Under the pieces are notes generated by a model. The model did no database searches. It was not told where the DNA came from and worked only from the letters and a program-made list of their open reading frames with translations. A DNA stretch of 24,447 nt, taken from Fibrobacterota bacterium (GTDB taxonomy: Bacteria; Fibrobacterota; Fibrobacteria; UBA11236). The DNA lies in contig JAYUVP010000344.1 of assembly GCA_043753995.1 (NCBI GenBank), positions 1 through 24,447 on the forward strand. The letters are read 5' to 3'. The translations under genes and the position numbers were made by a program. This document shows positions 16,648 to 24,447 of this stretch, one piece after another (within the stretch, counting starts at the first letter, position 1; every line of letters begins with the position of its first letter).

Positions 16648-18269
16648 GTTCGCCTTCGCGCCCCGAAGCGGGACGCCCCGGCATATCCCTCGTCATTGTC
16701 AGTTACAATGTCCGGGAATACCTCGACGCTTGTTTACAAAGCGTCTTTCATGCCGCGCCCTTTTTCGCCATGCCATTCGAAGTCATTGTTTTCGACAATG
16801 CCTCGCGTGACGGAACCGTACAATTACTCCGACCACGTTGGCCGCAAGTCACCTGGGTCGCTTCGGATCGTAACCTTGGTTTTGGCTCGGGCTGCAATCG
16901 CGGCGCCGCGGTGGCCAGCCAGGATCTCCTGCTTTTTCTCAATCCGGATACTCTGGTCTCTGAAGACACCTTCCAAGTCATGTGGGATTTTTTCGCCTCG
17001 CGTCAGGATATCGGCGTGGCGGGCTGCAAAATCGTCAATCGCGACGGAACCCTGCAATTAGCCTGCAAGCGCAGCTTTCCTTCGCCCACCGTGGCGGCTT
17101 ACAAGTTTATGGGGCTTTCCAGCCTCTTTCCCAAAAGCCGCGTTTTCGGCCAATACAATTTGACCTTTCTCGATGAGAATTCGACGCATGAAGTCGACGC
17201 GGTTTCGGGCTCCTTTCTTTGCATTCGCTCCGATCTCTATCGTCAAATCGGAGGCTTCGACGAAGACTTTTTCATGTATGGGGAAGATCTCGATATTTGC
17301 TATCGCGTGAAATTGCTTGGAAAGCGCAACTTTTATCATCCTGGTACGCGCGTCATCCACTTCAAGGGGGAGAGTGCTAAAAGCGCTCCCCTGCGCAGCT
17401 TTCTGTATTTCTACGAAGCCATGCTGATTTTCTCGCGAAAGCATTTGGAATTGCGCCCCTTACCCATGCTGCTTTTTCACGGCGGCATCGCCTTGCTGGG
17501 GGTGGTGAATTTCCTCCGCTCGCGTTTGCAACGCTGGATGCGTTGGAGCGCCGATCTCTTGATCGTAAATGCCGTCCTCGCCTTGGTCACCAGCTTGTAC
17601 CAGGCATGGCTCGGCATGGATCCGGTGTCCATCACCCATCCCAGTCTTTATTTGTTCTGGCATGTTCTGGTTTCGCTCACGGTTTTATTGCCGCTTTCCT
17701 ATGTAGGCGACTATGGCCGAGTCGCCCGCCCTCCGCGCACCGTTTTCGCCACCTTGACCATTGCCTTTTTAGCCTTTTTCTCGGTGAGCTTTTTCATTCG
17801 CGAAGAGGCCTATTCCCGCGTGGTCTTTGGCATCACCGCCGCCCTCGGTATATCGCTTCTGCCCGGCTGGCGCCTGCTCTTTGCCCAAGGGGGCAAGGTG
17901 TTTTCGCGCATCGTCGTGGGTCCCAAGCGCGTAGCCGTGGTAGGGGTAGGGGAGCGCGCCCGATCCTTAGCCGACCTCATTCAAACCGAACAAATCCCCG
18001 GATATGAATTCGTGGGCTTCATTCAACTTGGCGGGGGAAGACCTCCCCGGGATTTGCGCTCCAACTGTATCGGCGACCTCAAAGGACTCAAAAACGTGGT
18101 AGCCAAGGCCGATTTGCATACGGTCATTGTCGCGGTGGAGGAAGGAGCCTATGAAATGGCTCTCAAGGTCCTATCCGAAAGCCTTCATGGCCATCTCGAA
18201 GTTCGCATTTTGGTCGGCGACCCCAAACCGGGAGCCAGTTTTATCGATTTGAACAATCCGGGCCGTTAA
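16644..18269 (+). CDS. GT2 glycosyltransferase (WbbL/rhamnosyltransferase-like) fused to a membrane plus Rossmann-like C-terminal domain
   Basis: IVSYN, DNASRDG, NLGFGSGCN, LNPD, GGFDEDFFMYGEDLD, HFKGES. Then about 4-5 TM helices with YSR and RVAVVGVGERA. GTG overlaps the upstream stop. Confidence 0.85.
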   Translation: MSSPSRPEAGRPGISLVIVSYNVREYLDACLQSVFHAAPFFAMPFEVIVFDNASRDGTVQLLRPRWPQVTWVASDRNLGFGSGCNRGAAVASQDLLLFLNPDTLVSEDTFQVMWDFFASRQDIGVAGCKIVNRDGTLQLACKRSFPSPTVAAYKFMGLSSLFPKSRVFGQYNLTFLDENSTHEVDAVSGSFLCIRSDLYRQIGGFDEDFFMYGEDLDICYRVKLLGKRNFYHPGTRVIHFKGESAKSAPLRSFLYFYEAMLIFSRKHLELRPLPMLLFHGGIALLGVVNFLRSRLQRWMRWSADLLIVNAVLALVTSLYQAWLGMDPVSITHPSLYLFWHVLVSLTVLLPLSYVGDYGRVARPPRTVFATLTIAFLAFFSVSFFIREEAYSRVVFGITAALGISLLPGWRLLFAQGGKVFSRIVVGPKRVAVVGVGERARSLADLIQTEQIPGYEFVGFIQLGGGRPPRDLRSNCIGDLKGLKNVVAKADLHTVIVAVEEGAYEMALKVLSESLHGHLEVRILVGDPKPGASFIDLNNPGR

Positions 18270-18299
18270 CCGGTCTTGAAACATTCAAAAAAACCTCCA

Positions 18300-18328
18300 A
18301 TGACTTTTGAGTGGCCTTCTACTATGAT
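18300..18328 (+). promoter_or_regulatory. Putative sigma70-type promoter for accA
   Basis: ATGACT (18300-18305) - 17 bp - TATGAT (18323-18328) in an AT-richer intergenic gap. Confidence 0.35.
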
Positions 18329-18386
18329 TCCGCCCCCTGAGGCCTTTTGCCTCTCATGACTCTTGATCCCCCAAGCCGGAGGCTGC

Positions 18387-19340
18387 ATGCCCATTCCTAA
18401 GGGACCTCATCTCGAATTCGAACAGCCCGTAGTAGAGCTTTCGATGAAAATCGAAGAATTGCTGAAAACCGCCGAGGTGACTTCCAGCGATGTGAAAAGC
18501 CTTATCGCCAAAAAAGACGGCATTCAAAAGAAAATCAGCCAAAAGCTGACAGCTTGGAATCGCGTCGAATTGGCACGCCGCCCCAGTCGTCCTTATAGCC
18601 TCGATTATATCCAGAATTGTTTTACCGACTGGGTGGAATTGCATGGCGATCGCTGTTTTGGCGATGACCCAGCCATTTTAACCGGCCTCGCCCGCTTGAA
18701 TGGCCGCAGCGTTGTGGTGCTGGGCCAGCAAAAAGGCCGAGATACCAAGGAAAGCATTAAGCGCAATTTCGGCATGGCCCATCCCGAAGGCTATCGCAAG
18801 GCTTTGCGCATGATGCATATGGCCGAGAAATTCAAGCTTCCCATCATTAGCCTCATCGACACCATGGGCGCTTACCCGGGCATTGGCGCCGAAGAGCGCG
18901 GACAGGCCGAGGCCATTGCCCGTAATTTGCTCGTCATGGCGCGACTCAAGGTGCCCATCCTTTGTGTGGTCATCGGTGAAGGCGCCAGCGGTGGCGCTTT
19001 GGGCGTGGGTGTCGGCGATCGATTGCTCATGCTGGAAAATTCCTGGTTCGGCGTGATTTCCCCTGAGTCTTGCAGTGCCATCCTTTGGGGCGACAGTTCC
19101 AAAAAACAAGAGCTGTCCGAAACCATGCGCATTTCCGCCAATGACCTATTAGGCCTCAAGGTGATCGATCGCGTGATTGAAGAACCCCCTGGAGGCGCGC
19201 ATTGGGACATCGACACCATGTTTGCCACCATGAAAGGCGTACTGATCGAGGAATTGACCAATCTTGATCGTGTGCCGGTCAAAGACTTGCTCACGAAGCG
19301 ATTGGCCAAAATCAATTCCTATGGCCAATTCGCTGGATAA
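18387..19340 (+). CDS. accA: Acetyl-CoA carboxylase carboxyltransferase subunit alpha
   Basis: LEFEQP, ELHGDR, PEGYRKA, GAYPGIGAEERGQ, IGEGASGGAL, ISPESC. ATG 18387 follows GGAGG. Confidence 0.96.
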   Translation: MPIPKGPHLEFEQPVVELSMKIEELLKTAEVTSSDVKSLIAKKDGIQKKISQKLTAWNRVELARRPSRPYSLDYIQNCFTDWVELHGDRCFGDDPAILTGLARLNGRSVVVLGQQKGRDTKESIKRNFGMAHPEGYRKALRMMHMAEKFKLPIISLIDTMGAYPGIGAEERGQAEAIARNLLVMARLKVPILCVVIGEGASGGALGVGVGDRLLMLENSWFGVISPESCSAILWGDSSKKQELSETMRISANDLLGLKVIDRVIEEPPGGAHWDIDTMFATMKGVLIEELTNLDRVPVKDLLTKRLAKINSYGQFAG

Positions 19341-19380
19341 ATCTCGCCCTTAGATCCACCTTTACCCTCGAGTTTACCCC

Positions 19381-19626
19381 ATGGTTGATCCGAAACTTCT
19401 GGAAATACTCTGCTGCCCTGAAACCAAACAAGACGTGGCCACCGCTGCCGAAGATTTGGTTTCGAGGCTCAACCTGGCCATTGCTGCTGGCTCTTTGAAA
19501 AACAAGAGTGGCGAGGTGGTCAAGGAAAAAATGGAGGGAGGACTCTTGCGTGCCGACGGAAAAGTTCTTTATCCCATACGCGACGACATTCCCATCATGC
19601 TTATTGATGAGTCCATAGTGCTATAA
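19381..19626 (+). CDS. Trm112 / UPF0434 family protein
   Basis: LLEILCCPETK ... YPIRDDIPIMLIDE. Confidence 0.85.
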   Translation: MVDPKLLEILCCPETKQDVATAAEDLVSRLNLAIAAGSLKNKSGEVVKEKMEGGLLRADGKVLYPIRDDIPIMLIDESIVL

Positions 19627-19669
19627 TGGCCAGGTTCGCGTTGCCCAAACGCCGTCTTAGGGGAATTTC

Positions 19670-22252
19670 ATGAGCCTCAGCCATACCGTTGAAGAATTGT
19701 CCGCCCGTTATGCCGGTGGTGCCGAATCACCGGGCTTTCCACGTATTGCCGAGGCCATGCTGCGCGAAGGCCGTATTGACGATGCTATTCAATTGGCCAG
19801 CGATGGTTTACGTCGTTTTCCCGCCCTGCTCACTGGCTTTTTGGTTTTGGCCCGCAGTCAGCAGCAGGCGGGGCGTTTAGACGAAGCCCGCAGTCAATTC
19901 GAATCGGCTTTGCGGCTTGACCCGCGCTGTCCCTCGGCGCGCCAGGGCCTGGCGCAAATTGCCGAACAATTACAATGGAAAAGCGTTGCCCTGGAGCATT
20001 GGCGCATGCTCTGCGAGCTTGAGCCCTGGGATGAAAAAGCCCGCGAGGCTTATGGCCGGATGTTACGCGAGGCTCCTGGCGGTGTACCCGCGCCCAAGCT
20101 ACCGACCACCTTTGCTCCCCAAGATTCATCCCCCGAAAGCCCGACCCCATCCAGCGTTTCGGAATACCGGCTGGATGATGTCGCGGATTTTTTACCAAGG
20201 GAGGATCAGGGCGATTTAGCGGCAGCCTTGCCGACATCGGATTCGGATTGGTCCATGCCGACTTTGGCTTCTGCCGAGCAGACCGTGCTCCCCAGCCAAT
20301 CCCTGGAGGCAGAAAAACCTGCCGTCGCCTTTCCTGAACCCAGCCCGCTTGATCTTTTGCGTGAAGAGAGCGCACCCGTTCCGGATAAAGCCAATGGCCT
20401 CGAAGCAGGGGCGCCCTTTTCAGGGGAAGATGTCGAAAACCGCTTAAACGATTTATTTGGTTTGGCCTCCGAGCCTTCTCAAGCCTCCGAAACGCAACTG
20501 CACAATCCAAGCCCGTCGTTTTTTGACGAAGTCCCGACGGGGGATGCCACGTCTTATTCACAGGCGGCAGAAACCGGCTTTCTCGAAGGTCAAACTCCGG
20601 TCGACGGCGACGACGTCGTGCAGCGCCTAGATCATTTATTTGATGCCACGGAAACCCATGTTTCTCCTGCCCAACCCAATGCAGAATCCAATCCTTTTGA
20701 AACGGAATCAGATTTCACCCAATCGTCAGGCGATGAAACTCTTGGCGAGGCCTTAGGCGAGGGCGAAGCCCATGCCGAGATTGAAGCCCCATCCGCTTGG
20801 ACTCCAGTCGCTCCGACGGCCCCGGAAACTCAGCCCGAGCGCGAAGAAGCCGAAAGCGAGGCGCGTGCGGCCGGGGAATCGACAATATTGCCCATAGAAG
20901 AGGTGCATAACGAGGGTCAAGAACCCGAAGTCACCGGCGAGGACATAGCCGATCGCCTCGATGCCCTTTTCGAAGATAGCGCCACCGCTTCCTCCATGAT
21001 TTTGCGTCCGGAAGCAAATCCGGGCACTTTGGATGCGACCTTGCCTGAAGGCTCGGATATTGAAAATGCTTTGTCGCGATTGGAGTCGCCGACCTTGCAT
21101 CCCGAAGATCCTGGCACTCATTCCCATTCGGTAGCGGATTTATTGGGTGAGCACACCCTGATCATGCCCTCGATGCCAACCGAAGATTTTCAGGCCCTGG
21201 CAGCGCAGGCCAAGCCTGAATTTTCCCTTCCCGGCGAGGATCGTTTGGCTAGGCCGCCGGAAGAGGACTCTTTCGGCGGCCGAGAAACCATGATTCTCAG
21301 CGTGGATTCCATGCTGGGCGTCAAGGCATTCGAGGCGGAAACGCCTTTGCCTTTGTACCCCGCAGGGCCAGAATACACACTCGCCTTTACCGCCCCTGAA
21401 AAAGGCGTCTTCGGCATGTTGGAAACCGTGGACATGAAGCCCGCGTCCGAAGCGGCTTTATTCGCCACCGATGAGACCTTGTCCGCTGAAAGCCTGGGCT
21501 TGCCCGATGTCGCGGGTGACGATGTGGGCCAAAGGTTGGACGATATTTTCGGAACGGATCCAGAAACGTCTTTCACCGACAAATTGTCTGAAGACTCCTC
21601 GGCCTTGCTGATGATCGAGGATATGGAGCCCCTGGAAACCGCTTTGGCGCCTTCGCCCGACACCTCCTATGTGCCCCGCGTCGAAGGGGAGCCGGTGGTT
21701 TCGGGAGATGATATTTCATCGCGTTTGGCCGAGCTTTTCGGGGAAACCGACGAAACCGAGGCGTTTGGACGAAACGCTCACGTTACCTTGGACCAGGATG
21801 TGCGCAGCAATCACCTGGACGCCTTAGACATGCCCACCATGGCCATGAGGGCTATGAATGGCAATACGGAATCCTTACCCGCTCAAGAACCATTAGTGAC
21901 GTCCCCTGACGCCATCGGTGACCCCAATATTACCGATGCCTTCACGACCGTTATTATGCCCAAAAGCACCATGGCCGATGAAGAAATGGCCACCGAAGAG
22001 GAAGAAGTCTTTGAACCTGGCACGACTTCCATTGCCACGGTCACTTTAGCCGAGATATATTTCAATCAAGGCCTTAAGGAACAGGCCTTGCAGATCTACC
22101 GCCAACTTTTGGAGCGTGAGCCCGGCAATGAGTCGGTGCATAAGCGCATCCAGGAGATCGAAGCCTCCAAGGCGGATGGGGACGACAAGGGATCCGGACC
22201 GGACGATTCCCGACCCCGACCCGGGTTGAAAATCCCCCGCAGGAAGAAATGA
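19670..22252 (+). CDS. TPR protein with a long acidic low-complexity linker and internal repeats
   Basis: N-terminal TPR-like helices (about aa 20-135), D/E/P/S/T-rich middle, C-terminal TVTLAEIYFNQGLKEQALQIYRQLL, basic tail PRRKK. Confidence 0.8.
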   Translation: MSLSHTVEELSARYAGGAESPGFPRIAEAMLREGRIDDAIQLASDGLRRFPALLTGFLVLARSQQQAGRLDEARSQFESALRLDPRCPSARQGLAQIAEQLQWKSVALEHWRMLCELEPWDEKAREAYGRMLREAPGGVPAPKLPTTFAPQDSSPESPTPSSVSEYRLDDVADFLPREDQGDLAAALPTSDSDWSMPTLASAEQTVLPSQSLEAEKPAVAFPEPSPLDLLREESAPVPDKANGLEAGAPFSGEDVENRLNDLFGLASEPSQASETQLHNPSPSFFDEVPTGDATSYSQAAETGFLEGQTPVDGDDVVQRLDHLFDATETHVSPAQPNAESNPFETESDFTQSSGDETLGEALGEGEAHAEIEAPSAWTPVAPTAPETQPEREEAESEARAAGESTILPIEEVHNEGQEPEVTGEDIADRLDALFEDSATASSMILRPEANPGTLDATLPEGSDIENALSRLESPTLHPEDPGTHSHSVADLLGEHTLIMPSMPTEDFQALAAQAKPEFSLPGEDRLARPPEEDSFGGRETMILSVDSMLGVKAFEAETPLPLYPAGPEYTLAFTAPEKGVFGMLETVDMKPASEAALFATDETLSAESLGLPDVAGDDVGQRLDDIFGTDPETSFTDKLSEDSSALLMIEDMEPLETALAPSPDTSYVPRVEGEPVVSGDDISSRLAELFGETDETEAFGRNAHVTLDQDVRSNHLDALDMPTMAMRAMNGNTESLPAQEPLVTSPDAIGDPNITDAFTTVIMPKSTMADEEMATEEEEVFEPGTTSIATVTLAEIYFNQGLKEQALQIYRQLLEREPGNESVHKRIQEIEASKADGDDKGSGPDDSRPRPGLKIPRRKK
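20423..21742 (+). repeat. Six dispersed 13-aa protein repeats G[DES]D[VI]xxRLxxLF within the TPR protein
   Basis: GEDVENRLNDLFG (20423), GDDVVQRLDHLFD (20606), GEDIADRLDALFE (20936), GSDIENALSRLES (21050, degenerate), GDDVGQRLDDIFG (21515), GDDISSRLAELFG (21704). Confidence 0.85.
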
Positions 22253-22354
22253 TCGCCAACGAAATTGTTCCGGGCCATGGACAACATGGACCGGGCCTTT
22301 GGGTTGGCTTGGAATTTGGTAGGGCTACCCCCGGCAAAACGGGAAAGGGAGAGC

Positions 22355-22840
22355 ATGCAACTCAATGACGTGGCCCAGCTCATCAAGCTATTGGATAAGA
22401 GCAGCCTAACGGAAATTCAATTCAGTGATGAGAATTCCAAAATTGTACTGAAGAAGGAGTGGCCGCCGGCGGTCACTCCCATGATGGCCATGGCGAGCGC
22501 TCCGCAATATGCGATGCCCGCGCCTCCAATGTCCGGAGGGCCTGGAGTTGCGCCTCAAGCGGGATCGAATTCGGCTCCCGCCGCCGCCCAGCATTCAAAA
22601 TTCAAGGATGTCACCTCACCCATGGTCGGCACCTTTTATGGTTCCTCCTCTCCCGGCTCGGCGGCCTTTGTCACTATTGGCGCCCAGGTCAAGCCAGGCC
22701 AAGTCATTTGCATTATCGAAGCCATGAAAATCATGAACGAGATCGAATGCGACGTAGCCGGGACGGTCGAGGAGATTTGCGTCTCCAATGAGACTCCGGT
22801 GGAATACGGAACTGTTTTGTTCCGCGTCAGGCCGGCCTAA
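22355..22840 (+). CDS. accB: Acetyl-CoA carboxylase biotin carboxyl carrier protein
   Basis: SPMVGTFY, EAMKIMNEI biotinylation motif, Pro/Ala linker. ATG 22355 follows AAGGGAGAG. Confidence 0.96.
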   Translation: MQLNDVAQLIKLLDKSSLTEIQFSDENSKIVLKKEWPPAVTPMMAMASAPQYAMPAPPMSGGPGVAPQAGSNSAPAAAQHSKFKDVTSPMVGTFYGSSSPGSAAFVTIGAQVKPGQVICIIEAMKIMNEIECDVAGTVEEICVSNETPVEYGTVLFRVRPA

Positions 22841-22858
22841 GGGTTTTTACCCAAGCCC

Positions 22859-23962
22859 ATGATCAATATCGAAGCCCTGCTCAAGGAGATGGTGGCCCGC
22901 AATTCGTCGGACCTTCATCTTCGTGTGGGTGCACAACCTGCCTTTCGCATTAACGGCGAGCTTTATCGCCTGCAAACCGATCGCGTCACTCCCGAAGAGA
23001 TGGAGCAATTCCTTCTCGACGTGATGGACCGTAATCAAAAGGCGCGCTTCGAACAGAATAATGAACTCGACTTCGCCGTTGGCATTCGCAATGTGGGGCG
23101 TTTTCGCGTCAATGCCTATCGTCAGCGGGGAACATCGGCCCTTTCGGTGCGCCATATTCTCGGCGTAGTGCCTTCCTTCGATCAACTCGGGTTGCCTGAG
23201 GCTATACGTGATTTGAGTCTGCGTCGGCGCGGCTTGATTCTTGTGACGGGCACCACGGGTTCGGGCAAGAGCACGACTCTAGCCTCTATGGTCGATCATA
23301 TTAACGAGCATAACAGCTCGAATATTATCACCATAGAAGACCCCATCGAATTTCTCTATAAGGACAAGAAAAGCATTATCTCGCAACGCGAGGTGAATCA
23401 GGATACCGCGAGCTTCCCCACCGCCTTACGGTCGGCTTTGCGACAAGATCCTGATACGATTTTGCTGGGGGAAATCCGCGATCAAGAGACCATGTCCATC
23501 GCTCTCACGGCGGCGGACACAGGTCACTTGGTGCTTTCGACCTTGCATACCATGAATGCGGTGGAGACCATCAACCGCATCACTTCGTTTTTTCCGCCGC
23601 ATCAGCATCAGCATACGCGTCTCATGCTTTCGAGCACTCTGGTGGCCATCATCACCCTGCGACTATTGGTGCGCAAGGACGGACGCGGTCGCGTACCGGC
23701 CTGCGAAATCATGGTGAATAATGCCAATATTCGGGAAATCCTGAATCAGCCCGAGAATACGCATCTTATCGACCAGCAAATCCGCGAGGGCTATACCCAG
23801 TATGGCTCGCAATCGTTTGACCAGAGCATCCTCCGCCTGTATCACGACGAGCTCATCTCTTATGAGACTGCCCTCCGGAACGCCAGTAACCCCGACGACT
23901 TTGAATTGAAAGTCCGAGGGGTGGAGGGAACCTCGGACAGGAGTTGGATGACCGGTGTTTAA
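22859..23962 (+). CDS. PilT/PilU family type IV pilus retraction ATPase
   Basis: SDLHL, GRFRVN, Walker [10 protein letters not shown], Asp box TIEDPIE, LRQDPD, Walker B LLGE, His box [10 protein letters not shown]. The AIRNLIRE motif is diverged (NIREILNQ). Confidence 0.92.
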   Translation: MINIEALLKEMVARNSSDLHLRVGAQPAFRINGELYRLQTDRVTPEEMEQFLLDVMDRNQKARFEQNNELDFAVGIRNVGRFRVNAYRQRGTSALSVRHILGVVPSFDQLGLPEAIRDLSLRRRGLILVTGTTGSGKSTTLASMVDHINEHNSSNIITIEDPIEFLYKDKKSIISQREVNQDTASFPTALRSALRQDPDTILLGEIRDQETMSIALTAADTGHLVLSTLHTMNAVETINRITSFFPPHQHQHTRLMLSSTLVAIITLRLLVRKDGRGRVPACEIMVNNANIREILNQPENTHLIDQQIREGYTQYGSQSFDQSILRLYHDELISYETALRNASNPDDFELKVRGVEGTSDRSWMTGV

Positions 23963-24447
23963 AAAAATCTTAATCGCCAATCGCGGCGAAATCGCTTTAC
24001 GCATTATTCGCACGTGCAAGGAAATGGGTATAAAAACCGTCGCCGTGCATAGCACCGCCGACGCCGAGTCGTTGCATGTGCATTTCGCCGACGAGGACAT
24101 TTGCATCGGGCCTCCGGGAAGCAAGCAGAGCTATCTCAATATGCGGCAAATCATTTCGGCCGCCGAGCTCACCAATGCCGACGCCATTCACCCCGGCTAT
24201 GGCTTTCTCTCCGAGAATCCCTACTTTGCCGAAAGCTGCGGCGAGTGCGGCCTGACCTTCATTGGCCCATCTGCCGATTCGATCAAGCGTATGGGTGATA
24301 AGGCGCTGGCCAAACAGGCCATGAAACTGGCCGGGCTGCCGCTGATCCCCGGCACCGAGAACCCGCTGATCAGCGCCGAAGAGGCCCAGTCGCTGGCCGA
24401 CGATATCGGCTACCCGGTGCTGCTCAAAGCTGTCGCCGGCGGTGGCG
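23955..24447 (+). CDS. accC: Biotin carboxylase, 3'-partial (not in the ORF track because it runs off the window)
   Basis: GTG 23955 gives [26 protein letters not shown]...[11 protein letters not shown]...MGDK...[13 protein letters not shown]. Overlaps the ATPase stop by 8 bp. Confidence 0.96.
   Translation, partial: MFKKILIANRGEIALRIIRTCKEMGIKTVAVHSTADAESLHVHFADEDICIGPPGSKQSYLNMRQIISAAELTNADAIHPGYGFLSENPYFAESCGECGLTFIGPSADSIKRMGDKALAKQAMKLAGLPLIPGTENPLISAEEAQSLADDIGYPVLLKAVAGGG

Noticed and set aside
22304..22319. Sigma54-like promoter TGGCTTGGAATTTGGT upstream of accB and the ATPase
   Set aside because: Spacing fits, but the -12 GC is GG and the -24 box is imperfect.
22265..22354. N-terminal extensions in the ORF track for accB (also accA, nusB, DUF2723 and the 3760-4191 ORF)
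   Set aside because: Downstream ATGs have better RBSs or stop/start coupling and match the family N-termini.
1..24447. CRISPR arrays, tRNA/rRNA genes, transposases, integrases, prophage or defence genes
   Set aside because: None seen. The window is almost fully protein coding with no regularly spaced nucleotide repeats.

Overview
Bacterial chromosomal window of moderately high GC. A Fibrobacterota/FCB-group origin is my inference from gene content and protein style, not confirmed. The first ~1.5 kb is accessory: the 3' end of a DUF1080-like gene, two back-to-back 5'-truncated remnants (a FaeC/CE1-like esterase C-terminus missed by the ORF track, and a GLUG-motif protein C-terminus), and a nested GC-rich palindrome. 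Next come an Rrf2 regulator with a UPF0104 membrane protein, then a minus-strand trio (radical SAM, small membrane protein, rsmE). A tightly coupled plus-strand run follows: ribD-ribE-ribB(X)-ribH-nusB leading directly into a seven-gene glycosylation cluster (DUF2723/TMEM260-like GT-C with TPRs, GT4, UPF0104 flippase-like, ArnC-like GT2, rmlD, DPM1-like polyprenol-P-mannose synthase, GT2 fusion). The window ends with accA, a Trm112-like gene, an 860-aa acidic TPR protein with six internal repeats, accB, a PilT/PilU ATPase and partial accC. Best leads: a candidate TMEM260-like protein O-mannosylation pathway, a RibB fusion with an apparently dead GTP cyclohydrolase II domain, and a FimV/HubP-like repeat scaffold near a pilus ATPase that sits between accB and accC.
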